Part shown: one piece after another, positions 9,518 to 18,176 of the stretch | Position numbering within the stretch: position 1 is the stretch's first letter | Layout: every line of letters starts with the position of its first letter | Assembly (NCBI GenBank): GCA_031332935.1 | Contig: JAUHTP010000006.1 | Span: forward strand, 23,771-87,770 | Source: Candidatus Pantoea bathycoeliae | GTDB lineage: Bacteria; Pseudomonadota; Gammaproteobacteria; Enterobacterales; Enterobacteriaceae | DNA: 64,000 nucleotides | Reading direction: 5' to 3' | Program-made: the position numbers and the translations under genes | Notes under the pieces: generated by a model | Database searches by the model: none | Told to the model about the DNA's origin: nothing | Seen by the model: only the letters and a program-made list of their open reading frames with translations

Positions 9518-10136
9518 CTCACATGACAATACCGTGCCCGCCGGCTACTGGCAGGACGCCAAAGGCGTATTGATACCCGACGCCATGGTAAAACCCATTG
9601 ATAAGGAGCGCGACGCGCTGGTTAAAGATATTGTGGCGCGCGCCCGGCCGCTGCATGAGGCATTGCGAGACTTTAAACACCGCGCGTTTGTCGATATCCA
9701 GGCATTGATTGACCTGTCGATTGAGCAGTACGGGGTAAAACGTGGCGGCAGAAAAGGCAATGTGACGCTGTATTCCTTTGATGGCCGCTACAAGGTTATC
9801 CGCGCCCTGCAGGACCGCATTACCTTTGATGAGCGTATTCAGGCCGCCAAGGCATTGATTGATGACTGCATGACGGAGTGGACGCAGAATGCACGCCCGG
9901 AGCTGCTGGCCATTATTGACCAGGCATTTTCCACCGACAAGAACGGAGATATTAATCCGGCCCGTATTCTGCAGCTGCGTCGCCATGATATTACCGACCC
10001 ACGCTGGTTGCGGGCAATGGATGCGCTGGCGGAAGCGGTGCAGGTGGTCAGCAGCAAGAGCTATATCCGCCTTTATGAGCGTATCGACGAGACCGGGCAA
10101 TATCGGCCGCTGTCGCTGGATATCGCAGGGGTGTAA
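9507..10136 (+). CDS. DUF3164-family protein (conserved in Mu-like early regions)
   Basis: ATG at 9507 follows AGGAGAG. The sequence (GYWQDAKGVLIP...VKPIDKERD...SFDGRYKV...) matches my recollection of DUF3164 proteins of transposable phages. Confidence 0.7.
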   Translation: MSTNSHDNTVPAGYWQDAKGVLIPDAMVKPIDKERDALVKDIVARARPLHEALRDFKHRAFVDIQALIDLSIEQYGVKRGGRKGNVTLYSFDGRYKVIRALQDRITFDERIQAAKALIDDCMTEWTQNARPELLAIIDQAFSTDKNGDINPARILQLRRHDITDPRWLRAMDALAEAVQVVSSKSYIRLYERIDETGQYRPLSLDIAGV

Positions 10137-10139
10137 GGA

Positions 10140-10331
10140 ATGAATGCCAAACAGTTTAATCAATGCTATCCGGTCGGTGCCACTTTTATTTATCAAACCA
10201 ACCGGATTTTAAAAAATGGCACCTTAATAAGGACCCTGGACAGGGCAAAATATTTAACCACCTGTACTGTGGTTGAAATTAATTGCGCGCCTTATTTTGC
10301 GAATGTTCTGTGGCTAACACCGAAACACTGA
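10140..10331 (+). CDS. hypothetical early-region protein
   Basis: 63-aa AT-rich ORF directly after the DUF3164 gene. Confidence 0.35.
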   Translation: MNAKQFNQCYPVGATFIYQTNRILKNGTLIRTLDRAKYLTTCTVVEINCAPYFANVLWLTPKH

Positions 10332-10442
10332 ATGAATAATGCATTAATACTCTGTTTTAGCATGGCGTCAATCCGCCGGTGCTGGCTTGCGCCAAATAAA
10401 CGTCATGCCTGTTTTTCTCACCCCACTCGGGAGGATATAAAC

Positions 10443-10652
10443 ATGTTATATCGTGTGATTAAATGTGAATATAGGGATAACGGTAATCGCTGTATTTATT
10501 ATCTTAATGACCGCAGTCTGGTGCAGAAGTCACGCCTCGTCCCGGTGCCCTTCAGCCTGCGTTTTTATGACGCGCGGCAATGCATGATTTATTCAGACGC
10601 TATTCGCCAGCAAATGAAACAGGCGGTCATGCGCTATAAAAAACAGCATTGA
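10443..10652 (+). CDS. hypothetical early-region protein
   Basis: ATG at 10443 preceded by GGGAGGA. 69 aa (MLYRVIKCEYRDNGN...). Confidence 0.4.
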   Translation: MLYRVIKCEYRDNGNRCIYYLNDRSLVQKSRLVPVPFSLRFYDARQCMIYSDAIRQQMKQAVMRYKKQH

Positions 10653-10687
10653 GGAAAAATCATGAACAGACCCATGAATACAGACCC

Positions 10688-11379
10688 ATGAATAACGTGA
10701 TGCTCGATATCGAAACGCTGGGTAAAAAGCCGGTTGCCCGATAGTGTCGGTGGCGGCGGTGATGTTTGCGCCGGCAACGGGGCGGGTTGGACAAACATTT
10801 TACGAACGTATCGATTATCAGGCCGCTCTCCAATACGGTGAGCCAGAGGAAGGCACTCTGCTGTGGTGGCAAAAACAGAGCGATGAGGCACGTCACGAGG
10901 CCTTTGGCGGTAAAGCACGTCCCGATGTTGTGGCGCGCGCCTTGCGGACGTTTATCGCCAGCCACTGCGCCAAACCTCGCGTACCCTGGGGTAACGGCGC
11001 GGTATTCGATATTGCCCTGCTGCAAAGCTGGTTCGACCGCGTTGACCCGCAAAAAGACGACCAGGGCAATGACCGCTACCCCTGGTCATTCTGGGATGTC
11101 GCCGACCTGCCCACCCTGGTGCGGCTGTCAGGCATTGATGTGCGCGCCATCCTCTACCGCCGGCATCCGACGACGCCGGTGTTGCTGTACGTTTTCGACC
11201 TGAAGGAGAGCGCCCGTCAAGGCGTGGTGGCGATAGAGGGCCTGGTCGCAGGTCAATCCGCCGGCGCTGCCGACAGCAAGGTGGGTTCACTGACGGTTAG
11301 TGCTGTCGATATCGTCAGTGATCTGGACGTATTCAAATATCAGGCAGATGATGAGGTCGTGTGGGGCACGCTGGCATAA
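10688..11379 (+). pseudogene. 3'-5' exonuclease-like protein (DEDD, Rv2179c-like), frameshifted
   Basis: MNNVMLDIETLGKKPVA (ATG 10688) runs into TAG at 10742. The continuation IVSVAAVMFAP...VWGNGAVFD...PWSFWDVADL is in another frame, consistent with loss of one C at 10737-10739. The C-terminal part is of doubtful authenticity. Confidence 0.6.
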
Positions 11380-11556
11380 TCCTCCCTATTTGTCAGCACC
11401 AATCACGGCTCCCGATTTCAGCCGATCATCGATTCGCATCCAAGGTCGATCATGATTTCGCATGAGGCACGATCATCCGGTCAGACAGTGAGTGCCCATT
11501 GAAATCTTCCCCCCACCAACGTAACACTGACCCAGGCCGTCAGAAGAGGTATCACC

Positions 11557-12039
11557 ATGATAGAGGTGACGATCACCGTGCCCGATACGCTGCGTCAGGC
11601 CCTTGAGCGACTGGCGCAGTCCCTGAGCCACCGCCAGCCGTTAATGCGCGCCCTCAGTGAAGAAATGTATGACGCGGTAATGGAGAATTTCGAGCAGGAA
11701 GGCCGCCCGCGCTGGCTGCCCATTGACCGCGTCGGCAAAATCCTGCAGCAGTCGGGGCGGTTGGCCGCCTCCATTGACAGCGACGCCGATAACGACCAGG
11801 CCGTGGTGGGGACCAATGTGGTGTATGCGCGTATTCACCAGCAGGGCGGCACCACCCGGCCTCATGTCATTCGCCCCCGCGATAAAAAGGCGCTGGCCTT
11901 TAACGGCCGGGTGGTAAAACGCGTCAATCACCCCGGCTCAACGATACCGGCGCGCCCCTTTCTCAGTCTGGCCGACCAGGACTATCAGGCCCTGGCGCAC
12001 ACCATCAATGATTACCTCCAGCGCGCGCTGGACGAGTGA
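11557..12039 (+). CDS. virion morphogenesis protein (Mu gpG / gp31-like)
   Basis: 160 aa. The pattern EQEGRPRW...QSGRLAASI...VGTNVVYARIHQQGG is characteristic of the Mu G family. Confidence 0.8.
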   Translation: MIEVTITVPDTLRQALERLAQSLSHRQPLMRALSEEMYDAVMENFEQEGRPRWLPIDRVGKILQQSGRLAASIDSDADNDQAVVGTNVVYARIHQQGGTTRPHVIRPRDKKALAFNGRVVKRVNHPGSTIPARPFLSLADQDYQALAHTINDYLQRALDE

Positions 12040-12299
12040 CGCCCTGTAAAGGCCGTGGCGCGTTTTTGATAGCCAGGCAAGCGGGATGATGCGGGTGAAA
12101 CCGCGTTAAGCGATTCTGAGGCGATTTAAACGGGTTTTAAACGGGGTATCGCCACCCACGTTAGCGGTGTAGGCTGACGGCAGCCCGTTATTGCGATGTT
12201 TTCCCCTCACCATTACCCTCTACACCCCCGTCACGACGAGATCCCCGATGCTCACGTTAGGCTGCTTCCCATGAAAACACTTTCTGGGACCGCCACCGC

Positions 12300-13388
12300 G
12301 TGAAAAACACCGTCCGCCTTGCCGCACTGACCGTGGCGCTGGAGAGCGCCAGCACCCGTGTCCAGCTGTTTCCGGCCGGCACCTTTCGCTCGCAGGATAC
12401 ACGTCCCACCGACGTGGCGCACTGGCGGCTGGAGTCCCCCCAGGCCCAGCGGTTAATTGACGCCGCCCAGGCCCGTCAGACGCCGTACTGCTTTGACTAT
12501 GAGCACCAGGCTATCCATGCCCGGGAGAACGGCCAGCCGGCCCCAGCCGCCGGCTGGTATTCGCAGCTGGAATGGGTCGAGGGCCAGGGGCTGTTTGCAG
12601 TCGATGTCGAATGGACCGAGCGCGCCCGCGCCCTAATTACCGCCGGGGAGTACCGCTTTGTCTCTCCGCTGTTTCGCTACGACAGGCAGGGCAATGTGAC
12701 CTGCCTGGTGAATGCCGCGCTGACCAACGTGCCGGCGCTTGACGGTATGGCGGCGCTGCTGGCGGCGGCGTCACAACAACTCACGGGAGAAAACAACGTG
12801 GATGAACTGTTAGAACAACTGCGCTGGATGCTGAATCTGCCGCTGTCGGCCACGCCTGACGAGGTGACGGTTGAGCTGAAAAAACTCATTGACCGCCTGT
12901 CGGGCGGACAAGGTACAGCGGCGGCCCGCGTCAATCTGCTGTCGCTGCTTACCGAGCAGGATAACCAGATTGCCGCGCTGTCACAGCAGACCACCACACC
13001 ACCCGATCCGGCTGCCTATGCCCCGGTCAGCGTGGTCAATGAGCTGCGCGAGCAGGTGGCGGCACTCGGTCGTCAGCTGAGCGGCAACGAAGTCACTACC
13101 CTGCTGACCGCGGCCCTCAGTGATGGCCGCGTGCTCAAGGGGGCGGATGAGGACTGGGTGCGGCGACTGGGTGAAAAAGACGTGGCGCTGCTGCGTGAGC
13201 ACCTGGCCACCCGTCAGCCGATTGCCGCGCTGTCCGGGCTGCAGACCGGCGGTGTGGCGCCGCAGGGCATCGAGGCGCGTCCATCGTCCCTGGGTGCACT
13301 GGATGCGCCGGCGCTGGCCGCCTGTCACGCCTTTGGCCACAGCGCCGAGACCATTGCCACCATGATGAAAGAGGAGGGGCAGCCATGA
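12300..13388 (+). CDS. head maturation protease / scaffold (Mu gpI / gp32-like)
   Basis: 362 aa from a GTG start. The motifs VQLFPAGTF..., FDYEHQ and EYRFVSPLF, plus an Ala/Gln-rich C-terminal scaffold part, resemble Mu I. Confidence 0.82.
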   Translation: MKNTVRLAALTVALESASTRVQLFPAGTFRSQDTRPTDVAHWRLESPQAQRLIDAAQARQTPYCFDYEHQAIHARENGQPAPAAGWYSQLEWVEGQGLFAVDVEWTERARALITAGEYRFVSPLFRYDRQGNVTCLVNAALTNVPALDGMAALLAAASQQLTGENNVDELLEQLRWMLNLPLSATPDEVTVELKKLIDRLSGGQGTAAARVNLLSLLTEQDNQIAALSQQTTTPPDPAAYAPVSVVNELREQVAALGRQLSGNEVTTLLTAALSDGRVLKGADEDWVRRLGEKDVALLREHLATRQPIAALSGLQTGGVAPQGIEARPSSLGALDAPALAACHAFGHSAETIATMMKEEGQP

Positions 13389-13813
13389 CCGCCACCACGC
13401 AAGACCGCAATACCCCGTACCGGGACGGCGAACTGACGCCCTATCCGGTGGCGGCGAAAGAAACCATCCCGGCCGGCGTTATCGTCTGCCTTAAAGAAGG
13501 CTATGCCGTCAACGGTAAGAGTGCTGAGGACCTGGTGTATGCCGGGCGGTCTGATGAGGCTATCGACAACAGCCAGGGCGGCAACGGCGACCAGCACATT
13601 CTGGTGCGCCGCCACAAGGCGTTTTGTTGGGAGAACGACGGCTCGGTTAAGCAGGCGCATGTCGGCAAGCCGGCCTATGTGGTGGATAACCAGACGGTTT
13701 CTGCTAGCGACGGCGGCACACCCGCGCAGGAAGGCAAGCCGGGGAAACCTGCCAGCCGGTCAGCCGCAGGCACCATCATCATGCTTGACGCGGCGGGCGT
13801 CTGGGTCGAATAA
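13385..13813 (+). CDS. small head-associated protein in the Mu gp33 position
   Basis: 142-aa ORF coupled to gpI by an ATGA overlap and located between the protease and the major head gene. Function is not established. Confidence 0.5.
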   Translation: MTATTQDRNTPYRDGELTPYPVAAKETIPAGVIVCLKEGYAVNGKSAEDLVYAGRSDEAIDNSQGGNGDQHILVRRHKAFCWENDGSVKQAHVGKPAYVVDNQTVSASDGGTPAQEGKPGKPASRSAAGTIIMLDAAGVWVE

Positions 13814-13826
13814 GGAGACACTGCAC

Positions 13827-14729
13827 ATGTTAGTGAATGCCACAAATTTAAGGGTGATTTTCTGCAACATTAAACTCACCTTTAACCAGGCGTTTGACGC
13901 TGCGCCCACCCAGTGGGACAAAGTCGCCACCCTGGTGCCGTCCACCGGCAAGGAGAATACCTACGCCTGGTTAAGCCGCTTCCCGCGGATGCGCAAGTGG
14001 ATAGGCGACAAGCAGGTCAAGGCGCTGGCAGCGTCAACCTACACCCTGGTCAATGATGACTATGAGGCCACGGTGGAAGTGGACCGCAACGATATCCAGG
14101 ATGACCAGATGGGGGTTTACCAGCCTCAGGCGCAGGATGCGGGCTTTGCCGCCAAGCAGTGGCCGGACGAGATGGTGTTTGAGCTGCTCAATAAAGGCTT
14201 TAGCGAAAAAGGCTATGACGGCCAGCCGTTTTTCAGCGACACGCACAGTATGGGCAAAACCAGCTACTCCAATCTCGGCAAAAAGCCGTTATCGGCGGCG
14301 TCACTGGCCGAGGCGCAGGCGTCCTACGGCGAAGCGCGCAAGCAGCTGCGCCAGATGAAGGACGAAGAGGGACGGCCGCTGAATATCATGCCCAACCTGC
14401 TGGTCGTGCCGCCGGCGCTCGACGATGTGGCGCGTACCCTTATCACCGCCGAACGTCTCGATGACGGCAAGGCCAATATTTACAAGGGTACTGCTGAGGT
14501 GCTGGTCGTGCCCTGGCTGACCTCGGACAGCGCCTGGTTCCTGATGGATACCAGCCGCCCGCTCAAGCCGCTGATTTTCCAGCAGCGCCAGGCTCCGCTG
14601 TTTGTCGCCATGACCGATATCAACAGCCCGGACGTGTTTATGCGCAAGCAGTTTAAGTTTGGCGCAGAGGCGCGCGGCCAGGCCGGGTTTGGCTTCTGGC
14701 AGATGGCCTACGGCTCAACGGGCAAATAA
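13827..14729 (+). CDS. major head subunit (Mu gpT / gp34-like)
   Basis: ATG at 13827 after AAGGAG. 300 aa, with typical Mu T features (TFNQAF...W..VAT.VPSTG..N.Y.WL...P.MR.W.G). Confidence 0.9.
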   Translation: MLVNATNLRVIFCNIKLTFNQAFDAAPTQWDKVATLVPSTGKENTYAWLSRFPRMRKWIGDKQVKALAASTYTLVNDDYEATVEVDRNDIQDDQMGVYQPQAQDAGFAAKQWPDEMVFELLNKGFSEKGYDGQPFFSDTHSMGKTSYSNLGKKPLSAASLAEAQASYGEARKQLRQMKDEEGRPLNIMPNLLVVPPALDDVARTLITAERLDDGKANIYKGTAEVLVVPWLTSDSAWFLMDTSRPLKPLIFQQRQAPLFVAMTDINSPDVFMRKQFKFGAEARGQAGFGFWQMAYGSTGK

Positions 14730-14731
14730 GC

Positions 14732-15158
14732 GTGTACGCCAGCTTTGAGGATATGGTGTTGCGCTTCGGCGAGCGGGAGGTGTGCACCCTGACCGACCGC
14801 GACAACACCGGCGAGATTGACGCCGTGGTACTGGACGGCGGGTTGCAGGCGGCAGTCGATGAGATTAACGGCTATATCGGCGGGCGCTATACCCTGCCGC
14901 TGCCGGTGGTGCCCTCCAACCTGCGCGGCATTGCCTGTGATATCGCCCGCTACCGCCTCACCGGCACCGAGCGGGTCTGCACCGATGAAATCCGTGACCG
15001 CTACCGCGACGCCATCCGCTCTGGAAAACGTCGCCAATGGACGCGTCACGCTGGCCACCACCCAGAACGGTGGCACGCTGCAGGGTAATGCCGGGGCGGT
15101 GTTCTTTTCCGGTCGTCGCATCTGGGGCCGCAACCAGACCGGCGGCGGGGGATTTTAA
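14732..15158 (+). pseudogene. head-tail connector protein (Mu gp36 / DUF1320), frameshifted
   Basis: The N-terminal part MYASFEDMVLRFGEREVCTLTDRDNTGEID...RDRYRDAIR is in one frame. The conserved C-terminus LENVANGRVTL...GRNQTGGGGF is in another, with the shift at about 15015. Confidence 0.75.
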
Positions 15159-15805
15159 TGATAAGCGAAATTGAAAACGCCATGATGGCGCGGCTTAAAG
15201 ACGGGCTGGGTCGCATGGTGTCTAGCGTCGGCAGCTATGGTGGCGAGCTGGAGGATGTGGGGGCTATCGCCCGTGTGCTGCCCGCCTGCTGGGTGACCTT
15301 TGTCGGCGTGCAGCAAACCCGCCCGGTCAGTACCCATAAACACCGTTTTTACACCACCGGGCGTTTCTCGGTGCTGCTGGCGGCCTATTCGGTGCGTGAG
15401 GAAGCCGCCCAGCGCAAGGGCGGCCCGGCCCGCGATGAAGTGGGCTGCAATCAGCTGATCCGCGCCGTGCGGCGCTTGATGAGCCGGCAGGATATGGGGC
15501 TGCCTGTTGAGCCCTTGCTGCCAGGCCGGGTGCGCTCGCTGTTCAGCACTCGCCTGAACAGTGATGCCCTGGCGGCCTATGCCTGCGAGTTCGACACGGT
15601 CTGGGTTGAAGAGGCGCTGGATAACGGCCGCTGGCCCGCGCCGGAAGGCGACAATGACCCCGACCGGCTGTTTGCTGACTATCAGGGTCGGCTGGGCAGA
15701 CCGTGGCCAATGCATGAGCGCACCGGGCTGGCCTGTCACCTTGATGACCCGTCAACGGCTGTCGCGCAGGACATCGTCACCACCAGGGCAAAAGACCATG
15801 ATTAA
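15158..15805 (+). CDS. Mu gp37-like (DUF1834) head-tail joining protein
   Basis: 215 aa, TAATG-coupled to gp36. The N-terminus MISEIENAMMARLKDGLG is typical of gp37 homologues. Confidence 0.72.
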   Translation: MISEIENAMMARLKDGLGRMVSSVGSYGGELEDVGAIARVLPACWVTFVGVQQTRPVSTHKHRFYTTGRFSVLLAAYSVREEAAQRKGGPARDEVGCNQLIRAVRRLMSRQDMGLPVEPLLPGRVRSLFSTRLNSDALAAYACEFDTVWVEEALDNGRWPAPEGDNDPDRLFADYQGRLGRPWPMHERTGLACHLDDPSTAVAQDIVTTRAKDHD

Positions 15806-15856
15806 CGTGATGGCCCGTCAAGGGCTGCGCGACAAACCATCCACCAAGGGGGACGC

Positions 15857-17296
15857 ATGAGCATTGATGCCGTGATACCGACGCCAACCTATAAACCCGG
15901 CTATTACTTCGGGTTTAACACCACGCTGGCGTCACGGGCGCTGGCCACCAACGACCAGAAGCTGGTCATTCTGGCCCAGCGCACCACCACGCCGGATACC
16001 GATACGCTGACGCCGGTCAACGTGTTCAGCGATGAGGCCGCCGCCAGCCTGTTTGGTCGTGGCTCCCAGGCGCACCGCATGGTGCGGGCCGCCATCCGCG
16101 CCAATGATACCCTGCAGCTGGCAGTGGTGGGGATACCGGACAGCGAGGCCGGCGTGGCGGCTACCGGTACGCTGGTACTCAAGGGCAGCGCCAGCGGCAC
16201 CGGGCAGGTGCGCATTGGTGTCTGTGGCGAAACCGTCGCCATTGCTGTCGCCAGTGGCGATAGCGCCGGGGCGCTGATGGTGAGCCTGGTCGAGGCCATC
16301 AACACCCTGGACGCGCTACCGGTGACGGCGGCAATGGCGGATATCCCGCCGCCGTCATCCGGCGGTAAAAGCCCCGGCAAGCAGCTGGTCTTGACGGCAC
16401 GCAACAAAGGCGCTTGCGGTAACCAGATTGGCGTGGCGGTCACATTCAGCGCGCCGGGTATCACCGCTACGCTGACGCCGATGCGCGGCGGCGAGGGCGA
16501 CCCCGCACTGGATGCGGCGCTGGCGGCGATTTTCAGCGCCGGGCATACCCTGGTGATGTCGCCGTACGCCAGCAAAACCGCGCTTACCACCCTTGCCGCC
16601 TGGCTGGACAAGGTGTCCGGGCCGCTGGAGCAGCGCGGCGCACTGGGGGTGGTCGGCTGGAATGGCACGCTAGCAGGGGGCACCGCGCTCACGACCGACG
16701 TCAACGCGGCGCGTCTCACGATGGGCTGGTACCCCGGCTCCATGCTGCCGAACGGCGAGCTGGCGGCGATATATGCCGTCATCATCGCCAGCGAGTCCGA
16801 CCCGGCGCGCCCGCTCAATGCCCTGGCGTTACCCGGTGCGGACATCACGCCGCAGGACAAATGGCCCGGGCGCAGCGAGCAGGAAAACGCACTGGCCAAC
16901 GGCCTGACGCCGTTTGAGGTGAACGGCAGTCAGGTGCAGATTGTGCGGGCAGTGAGTACCTATGTGAAAAACAGCATGGGCGTGACCGACCGTTCGCTAA
17001 TGGATATCACGATATTGCGCTCGCTGGACTATGTGCGCCTGGCCTGCCGGGCCCGTATCACCCAGCGTTTCCCGCGCGAAAAGCTTAACGATATCCGCTT
17101 GCAGCGTATCCGCTCCGAGCTGCTCGATGTGCTCTATGCCCTGGAGCAGCTGGAAATCGTTGAAAATGTGGACGCGAACAAGGACCAGCTGACGGTCACA
17201 CGCAGTCGGCAGGATGACAGCCGCGCCGATGCCAGTATCCCGGCGGCGGTGGTGCGCGGTCTGCATGTGTTTGCCGCCACCATTTATCTTTTGTAA
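15857..17296 (+). CDS. contractile tail sheath protein (Mu gpL / gp39-like)
   Basis: 479-aa ORF in the conserved position before the tube gene. Size and sequence character fit Mu-type sheath proteins. Confidence 0.82.
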   Translation: MSIDAVIPTPTYKPGYYFGFNTTLASRALATNDQKLVILAQRTTTPDTDTLTPVNVFSDEAAASLFGRGSQAHRMVRAAIRANDTLQLAVVGIPDSEAGVAATGTLVLKGSASGTGQVRIGVCGETVAIAVASGDSAGALMVSLVEAINTLDALPVTAAMADIPPPSSGGKSPGKQLVLTARNKGACGNQIGVAVTFSAPGITATLTPMRGGEGDPALDAALAAIFSAGHTLVMSPYASKTALTTLAAWLDKVSGPLEQRGALGVVGWNGTLAGGTALTTDVNAARLTMGWYPGSMLPNGELAAIYAVIIASESDPARPLNALALPGADITPQDKWPGRSEQENALANGLTPFEVNGSQVQIVRAVSTYVKNSMGVTDRSLMDITILRSLDYVRLACRARITQRFPREKLNDIRLQRIRSELLDVLYALEQLEIVENVDANKDQLTVTRSRQDDSRADASIPAAVVRGLHVFAATIYLL

Positions 17297-17307
17297 AGGG
17301 GGCCTGT

Positions 17308-17676
17308 ATGGCACTGGAATACACCGGCGCGGTGGTGCTGGAGGTCAACAGCACCAAGGTTGAGGTGACGGAGTTTAGTCCGCGCGAGAGCACCGGCAAG
17401 CAGCTGGTCAAGACCATGAACTCTACCGGGCGCGCCAAAGGTTACACCCAGGGCATTGCTACCTGGGAGCTGTCCATCACCGCCGTGGTGCCGGTCAACA
17501 CTACCCTGCACTGGGAAAAAATCTCGGGCGCAAAACTGACGCAATACCCGCTCACCGGCGGCAAGCGCATCACCTATCAGGATGTGTTTGTCACCGAGGT
17601 GGGGGAGCAGTATACCGTTGACAATGAGGCCCGTATCACCATTAGCGCCTTTGCACTGAACAAGGTTGAGGGGTAA
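17308..17676 (+). CDS. tail tube protein (Mu gpM / gp40-like)
   Basis: 122-aa ORF immediately after the sheath gene. Confidence 0.72.
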   Translation: MALEYTGAVVLEVNSTKVEVTEFSPRESTGKQLVKTMNSTGRAKGYTQGIATWELSITAVVPVNTTLHWEKISGAKLTQYPLTGGKRITYQDVFVTEVGEQYTVDNEARITISAFALNKVEG

Positions 17677-17679
17677 CCC

Positions 17680-18060
17680 ATGGCATTTACCCATAGCACC
17701 ACCCTGCCGGTGGGCATTTACCACGACGGCGTACTGCACCGTGCGGTGACGGTTCGTCTGGCCACCGTGGGCGATGAAATCGCCGTTATCGAGGACGGTA
17801 TTCCCGAATCCGGCACCGCGGTCGGTATTTTAGCCCGCTGCCTGACCCAACTGGGCACCCTGGCACCGGAAGGCATCACCTATTCGCTTTTGTGCGACAC
17901 CCTGGTGCCGGAGGATTATGCCGTACTTCATGTCGCCCAGCTTGAGGCGAAAAAAAAGCTCAGCGCGCTGAAGCCCGCCTGCGCGACTACCGTTTTGCCC
18001 TGGTCCGACTCGGACAGTACGGCATCAGCGCCGCCCGCGCCCGCCGCCTTGACGCTGTAG
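17680..18060 (+). CDS. tail assembly chaperone (Mu gp41-like). A -1 frameshifted long form is predicted to run 17680-17958 joined to 17958-18173.
   Basis: 126-aa ORF between the tube and tape-measure genes. An internal A_AAA_AAG site opens a 71-codon -1 frame that ends 3 nt before the tape-measure ATG. Confidence 0.7.
   Translation: MAFTHSTTLPVGIYHDGVLHRAVTVRLATVGDEIAVIEDGIPESGTAVGILARCLTQLGTLAPEGITYSLLCDTLVPEDYAVLHVAQLEAKKKLSALKPACATTVLPWSDSDSTASAPPAPAALTL
17952..17958 (+). promoter_or_regulatory. putative programmed -1 ribosomal frameshift slippery heptamer A_AAA_AAG
   Basis: A run of 8 A followed by G (17950-17958) lies in the zero frame as AAA AAA AAG. This is the same heptamer used in E. 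coli dnaX. Confidence 0.6.
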
Positions 18061-18176
18061 CCCTGGGCGGATTCCTCGACGCTATCGGGCGTCTGGAAAA
18101 CCCCAAGGGCTGGCGGAAAAACAGGACCATCAAAAGCCTGCGCCGCCGCCCTCCCTCAGCCCAACGGACGTAACCC

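Noticed and set aside
12040-12299. The 260-nt gap between gpG and gpI contains a short tandem TTTAAACGGG repeat (about 12126-12150), which could be a regulatory or ncRNA element.
   Set aside because: The repeat has only two short copies. No promoter or terminator features or conservation can be assessed without homologues, so the evidence is insufficient.
15904-16899. Long antisense ORFs inside GC-rich phage genes (for example 15904-16899, 18294-19232, 21453-22406 and 19557-20201 on the minus strand).
   Set aside because: These are typical shadow ORFs of high-GC coding DNA. They are Ala/Arg/Pro/Gly-rich with low complexity, have no SD or recognisable family, and fully overlap well-supported sense genes (sheath, tape measure, gpP).
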